NCBI RefSeq assembly: GCF_009914755.1
Contig: NC_060926.1
Reading direction: 5' to 3' (one strand)
Source: the human T2T-CHM13v2.0 reference genome, Homo sapiens
DNA length: 64,000 nt
Within the stretch, counting starts at the first letter, position 1, and each line of letters begins with the position of its first letter. The translations under genes and the position numbers were made by a program. Below, piece after piece: positions 43,452 to 64,000 of this stretch. Under the pieces are notes generated by a model. It was given only the letters and a program-made list of their open reading frames with translations. It made no database searches and was not told the DNA's origin.

Positions 43452-43729
43452 GTATGTATGCCATTTCTAAGTGATGTTATGTACATACTGTGTGTGTATA
43501 TATAATCTTTCATTTTAAATTTGAAGTAAAATTTTATGTAAGAGCAGTTATTTATGCAAATGTATGGTTTTCTGCATTTATTGAACATATTCAGATTTTA
43601 TTCAGTTTTGATTTATGTCATGGAAGGTGTAGATGTTTGAAAGGTGACAGAATTTTATATAAAAAGGAAAGACGGTGGGGCAAAAAGTAATAAGTATATA
43701 TAGTTTTAGCCTCTTAAAAATATTTTTTA

Positions 43730-45060
<1,331 letters not shown>

Positions 45061-45392
45061 ATATATGCTCATGATTCCTGGTTGCATTACTTTCCATGCC
45101 TGAGTTTCCTCATTGTTAATAGTACTTCACAGTGGTTACAAAGATTAAATATGGAGTTAAATATCAGTAAAGTGTTTAAACTCCTTGACATGCAGAAAAT
45201 ACTTGGTAAGGGCTGAGTGGAGTGACTGGATGTGGTTGCTGAGATCTGCGTATTTTTTTTACATGTCCCCTCATTTTTCAATTACTTCATTCTTTGATAG
45301 TTTGATTACCTTGGAACATCCTGTCATCTGTTGTCTCTGCCCCAGCCTTGGAATCAGCCATTTCTCCAAGGATCCCTGGTTTCTTTTAGTAG

Positions 45393-45578
<186 letters not shown>

Positions 45579-45881
45579 TAGTAGAGATAGGGTTTCGCCA
45601 TGTTGGTCAGTCTGTCTCAAACTGACCAAGTGATCCACCTGCCTCGGTCTCCCAAAGTGCTGGAATTACAGGCATGAGCTACTGCACCCAGCCAGGAAAT
45701 GGTTTTTTATTTTGAGATGGAGTCTCACTCTTGTCACCCAGGCTGGAGTGCAATGACGCGGTCTTGGCTCACTGAAACCTCTGCCTCCTGGGTTTAAGTG
45801 ATTCTGGTGCCTCAGCCTCCCAAGTAGCTGGGATTACAGGCACCCGTCACCACACCCAGCTGATTTTTGTATTTTTAGTAG

Positions 45882-46010
<129 letters not shown>

Positions 46011-46179
46011 TAAAGCCAAGATTCGGGTGCTAAAGCCAAGATCTAGGTGCTAGGTGAACACATTGCTGTTAGTATTGCTCTAGCATTAATGAGAGCAGGC
46101 TTAGTAGATAGAACTTTATTACTTACTGTTCAGTCCCTGCCACCTGCAAGGTGACTACAGTCTCATTTCTTTGACCAAA

Positions 46180-52000
<5,821 letters not shown>

Positions 52001-52019
52001 TAGAAATGAGAATGTTTTA

Positions 52020-54300
<2,281 letters not shown>

Positions 54301-54789
54301 GAGTTGGGAAGGGGTGGGAAATTAGATGAGTATTTTTATACTACTGTATAATACAGGGATGAGAATCCCAGTGATAAGGGAATTTTTAAGAATTGGACTG
54401 CTGTTAATGGGAATAAAGAGTGTGATGGGATTAATTATGGCATCTCTAGGGAATATTTAATGTTGAGATACCTCATTTTGCAGATTGTTTGTGCTGATGG
54501 GAATGTTGCCAGCACACTGGGGCCACTCTTGTGTTTTAAAATTATATAATTAAGCTTGTTTTTCAATTTAGCATGGGTAGGAAAAGATGTATCGGGCAAT
54601 ATGCTAAGATTTCAGTTATTTAAAGAACACAGGATTATGAATAAACTTAGATGTAGTCCAGAATACAATTAGATACTATACCCCGTGGGGGCCAGAATCC
54701 ATTTATGTCTGCATTATGAGCACCTGTTGATAGATCATATATATTAAATGTGTTAAATACTTAAGTATTTATTTATTTATTTGAGATAG

Positions 54790-54888
<99 letters not shown>

Positions 54889-55832
54889 TGAGTAGCTGGG
54901 ACTACAGATGTGTGCCACCACGCCCAGTGAATTTTTGTATTTTTTGTAGAGATGGGGTTTTGCCGTGTTGCCCAAGCTGGTCTTGAACTCTTATGTATTT
55001 ATTAAACAAGCTTTAAAAATTGATTAAAATAATGTGCCTTGGTGATTTCTTAATTTTACTTTTGGTTAATAAGACATGTAGACTATATCTTCTTTCATGC
55101 ATCTTGCCTCTCCAAAACTACTGAAGTGATTCTAAGAACTAGGAAGTATATGAACTTATTGCCATACATGGTGGTTTGTGCCTATAAAAAGGTGGTGCCA
55201 CTGACAGGGACACAAAGATTGGAGGGGAGAGCTGGCTCTGGTGGTACTGTTGCTGGTGATAGTTGAAGCCAGGAAAAAAGATGAGCTCTGAAAGGAACAC
55301 ACTGTGAAAGAAGGGCAGACCAAGGACCAAGTCTTGGAAAATGCCTATATCTAAGGGAGTGGCAGCAAAAGAAACCAGGTTAAGTCAGAAAAACAAGGAG
55401 GTATAGTATATAAGTGAGAAAGGAAGAATAATATTTCGGGTAGAAAAAGAGTTTAATAACATCTACTGTTATGGAGTTCAAGGAGAGTGAAGAAAAGCAG
55501 AACAGCACTAATTGTACAATAAAGTCATCAGTAACTCTGAAATAGAAGTAGCATGATGGTTAATTATAGTAATGGAGCTGTAGGAAAAAGGGTGGCTGAG
55601 GGAGGAGGATCACTTGAAGCCAGGAGTTTGAGGCCAGCCTAAGCAACATAGCGAGACCTTGTCTCTTAAAAAAAATCAAACAATTAGCCAAGTGTGTGGT
55701 ACACACTTATAGTCTCAGCTACTTGGGAGGCTTGAGCACAGGAGATCAAGGCTGCAGTTAGCTGGGATTGTACACTGCACTGCAGCCTGGGCAACAGAGC
55801 AAGACCCCATCTATCTATCTGTCTGTCTACTG

Positions 55833-55834
<2 letters not shown>

Positions 55835-55878
<44 letters not shown>
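55835..55878. repeat. (TC)n microsatellite
   Basis: Pure TC run of about 22 units. Confidence 0.92.
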
Positions 55879-55881
<3 letters not shown>

Positions 55882-56105
55882 AAATGAACTGTAAGAGTAG
55901 AAACAATAGGGCAGGGCAGGCATGGTGGCTCACACTTATAATCCCAGCACTTTGGGAGGCCAAGGTAGGAGGATTGCTTAAGGCTAGAGGAGTTCAAAAC
56001 CAGTCTGGGCAACATAGCAAGACTCTGTCTCTACAAAAGAAAGAAAGAAGCAGCAGTAAATATATTCAAAAGGAAGAATCATTGCAGGCCCTATGTTCTA
56101 TATAG

Positions 56106-59628
<3,523 letters not shown>

Positions 59629-59835
59629 CTATAGAGCAATAAGGTGCCATTTAGTATTCCAGGCCCTGAGCTTCCATTTTTCTACAAAAGTGTGAGTGAC
59701 ATAGATTTTTTTTGTTTTTGTTTTTTGAGATGGAGTCTTGTTCTGTCACCCAGGCTGGAGTGCAGTGGCTCGATCTCGGCTTACTGCAACCTCTGCCTCC
59801 TGGGTTCAAGCAATTCTCCTAGTTCAGCCTTCTGA

Positions 59836-60126
<291 letters not shown>

Positions 60127-60819
60127 TGAAATAAAAATTATCCATAATTCATCACTCAAAATACCTACCTCTGTATTATAATTTGGAGTGTTTTCTTCTA
60201 GTATTTTTTTATTATGTATTCATTTCTATTGTTTCCCTTTTATAAAATCGAGGTTACCGTATCATGTTCTGTTCACTTAACTCTGCATTGTGAACATTTT
60301 CCTATGTTTGTCATGATAACATGTTTAATAATTATGTAAGCCATTTCATGTATTTACTGTAATTTATTTAATCATTCACCTGTGACATTTGGGTTGCTTG
60401 TTTGCTGTACTGCCATACCTGCCTTATAAAGACTTGAAAATATTTAATGTTTCTGATATCCTGGAGAAAGTTCACATTTTGTACATGTTCTCAAGTAACA
60501 TATATATATGTGACATATATATGTCACACTGGTTGAACCTTAGATCCGCCAAATACCAACTTTTAGTTCCTATTTTCTGTGGACCAAATTTTATGGGAAA
60601 ATATTAAAACCTCACTAATTTGGATGACAGGGGCATCAGAAGAAGGCCAATCTGAATTTTAGAAATTATTATCATAACTAGGCTTAAGACAACTTTTCTT
60701 ACTCATTACTTGTTCTTTTCTCTATGTCTTTTTACCCATCACTACCAAAATGTCATATAATATACATATTAGTTTGAAAATTAATTTTTCACAATTTCTA
60801 GATTTTCCAAACATTTTCA

Positions 60820-61245
<426 letters not shown>

Positions 61246-62270
61246 CTAAGCAATATCTCTGATCCCATCACTCTGCTTTTTCAAGTCTTAACATTTGGCT
61301 GCATTTGCCTAAGCCTCTTTTTTTTCTTTAAATTTTTGTTATGAAACATTTTAAACACAGAACAATTGAGAGAATAAAACAATACTCATGTATATTTAAC
61401 ACCTAGATTCAACAGTTAACATTTTGCCATATTTGCTTTAGTATGTGTGTATTTTTGCTGAATTATTTGACAGTAGGTATCTAAACATCATGACACTTCC
61501 CTATAGTATATCTCCTAATATATGGACATTCATATATATATATATATATATATGTATCCATAATAGTGTTATCACACTTAAGAAAATTAATGGTAATTTT
61601 TTCAATACTGCGTAATTTCTGGTTTCCCTAGTTGCCATCAAAACACTTTAATAGCTTTAAAAAAAATTAGTCCAGGCATGGTGGCTCATGCCTGTAATTC
61701 CAGCACTTTGGGAGGCTGAAGTGGAGGATGGCTTGAGCCCAGAAATTGGATACGAGCCTGGGCAACAAAGACCCCCATCTGTACAAAAAATTTAAAAAAT
61801 TAGTTGTTCATGGTGATTTGCGCTTGTAGTCTCAGCTACTTTAAAGGCTGAGGCGGGAAGATCTTTTGAGCCCAGGATTTCAAGGTTGCTGTGAGCTGTG
61901 ATTGTGCCACTGTATTCCAGCCTGGGTGACAATGAAACCCTGTCTCAAAAAAAAAAAAAATACTTAAACAAGGATCCAGTAAGGGATTGTGCACTGCATT
62001 TAGTTGTAATGTTTCTTAAATAATCTCTTTTAATACAGAGCAGTCCCTTTCCGTCCACATGCAACTTTTCCCCTACATGACATTGATTTATTTGGGAGAG
62101 TAAAGTCATTGCACAGATAAATGTACATTCTGGATTTGTGTATTTCCTTTTGATATTAGTTTAACTTCCTCCTCTATCCTCTGTATTTCCTGTGAATTGG
62201 AAGGTAAAAAGCTTGATTAGATTTAAGATAAAAATTTTTGGTGAGAAAACTTCATGGGTGATGCAGCATA

Positions 62271-62456
62271 CAGTTGGTCCTTGAACAACACGACTTGAAC
62301 TGTGTGGGTCCACTTACACATGGACTTTTTTTCCTACCAAATGCAGATAGAAAGTACAGTGGGACACCAGACAGAACTACAGGACTTGAGTATGATGGAT
62401 TTTGGTACAGTCAGGGGTCCTAGAGCCAGTCTCTTGAGTATACTGAGGGATGACTG
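62271..62456. mobile_element. MER8/Tigger2-type MITE
   Basis: Reads cagttggtccttgaacaacac...tactgagggatgactg and is flanked by TA on both sides (62269-62270, 62457-62458). Confidence 0.75.
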
Positions 62457-62607
62457 TACTTCATATTGCATTGAATCAGGAGGCACATAATGTTGTTCTG
62501 TCCCACAATGAATGATGCTAAGTTAGATCATTTGGAAAGGAGGTGACTACCAGATCTCTACAGTGAAAATATACCTTTTCTTCTGTAAATTAGTAATATG
62601 CTGGTGA

Positions 62608-62880
<273 letters not shown>

Positions 62881-63300
62881 TAGGCTGGTCTTGAACTCCT
62901 GACTTCAAGTGATCTGCCTGCCTCAGCCTCCCAAAGTGCTGGGATTACAGGTGTGAGCCACCGCGCCCAGCCCTCCAATTTTTCTTTACATTCTTCAATT
63001 GCTTAAGAATTTTTTAATGAATAAAATTTTCTTCCTAAGATAAATTTTATCAGGGAACTATCTAGTATTTCAGTACTCACAACAAATACAAATAAAAATA
63101 ATAAAAGGATACCCATTCCATCTTAGATTGATAGAAATTGAAGTCGAGGGTACAGAGTATCCTTGAGTACAGCAGAGTGTTCTCAAGGATGTAGGGAGCA
63201 AAGGAGTCTACAAGCTATGGGTATATAAACTGCTTGTGGGTGTATAAACTGTTACAATATTTTTATAGGGCACTTTAGCTAGCTAGCTAGCTATCTATAA

Positions 63301-63689
<389 letters not shown>

Positions 63690-63791
63690 TGAACTCCTGA
63701 CCTCAGGTAATCTGCCCACCTCAGCCTCCCAGAGTGTTGGGATTACAGGCATGAGCCACTGTGCCCAGCCTAATTTTTGAATTTTTAGTAG

Positions 63792-64000
<209 letters not shown>

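Overview
Primate (human-like) genomic DNA, very rich in Alu and L1 repeats. It spans the divergent 5' ends of two known genes about 28 kb apart. SLC25A12 (mitochondrial aspartate/glutamate carrier Aralar1) is on the minus strand, with coding exons 1-2 at 12051-12062 and 11053-11106. HAT1 (histone acetyltransferase 1) is on the plus strand, with coding exons 1-2 at 40312-40318 and 43347-43451. Each gene has a CpG-island promoter. Most of the rest is transposon-derived: a full-length SVA with a 16-bp TSD about 5 kb upstream of SLC25A12, an LTR18>LTR8>AluY nest, an ERVL dUTPase remnant, a near full-length hAT Charlie3 transposon in HAT1 intron 2, Tigger-family MITEs, old L1/L2/MIR/CR1 fragments and dozens of Alus. 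Almost all ORFs in the supplied track are Alu/SVA artefacts. I see no convincing novel biological system. The best leads are modest: a candidate spliced divergent transcript from the HAT1 promoter, an in-frame upstream ATG of HAT1, and TE-derived regulatory candidates. Repeat subfamily names come from remembered consensus sequences, and repeat boundaries are approximate unless TSDs are cited.
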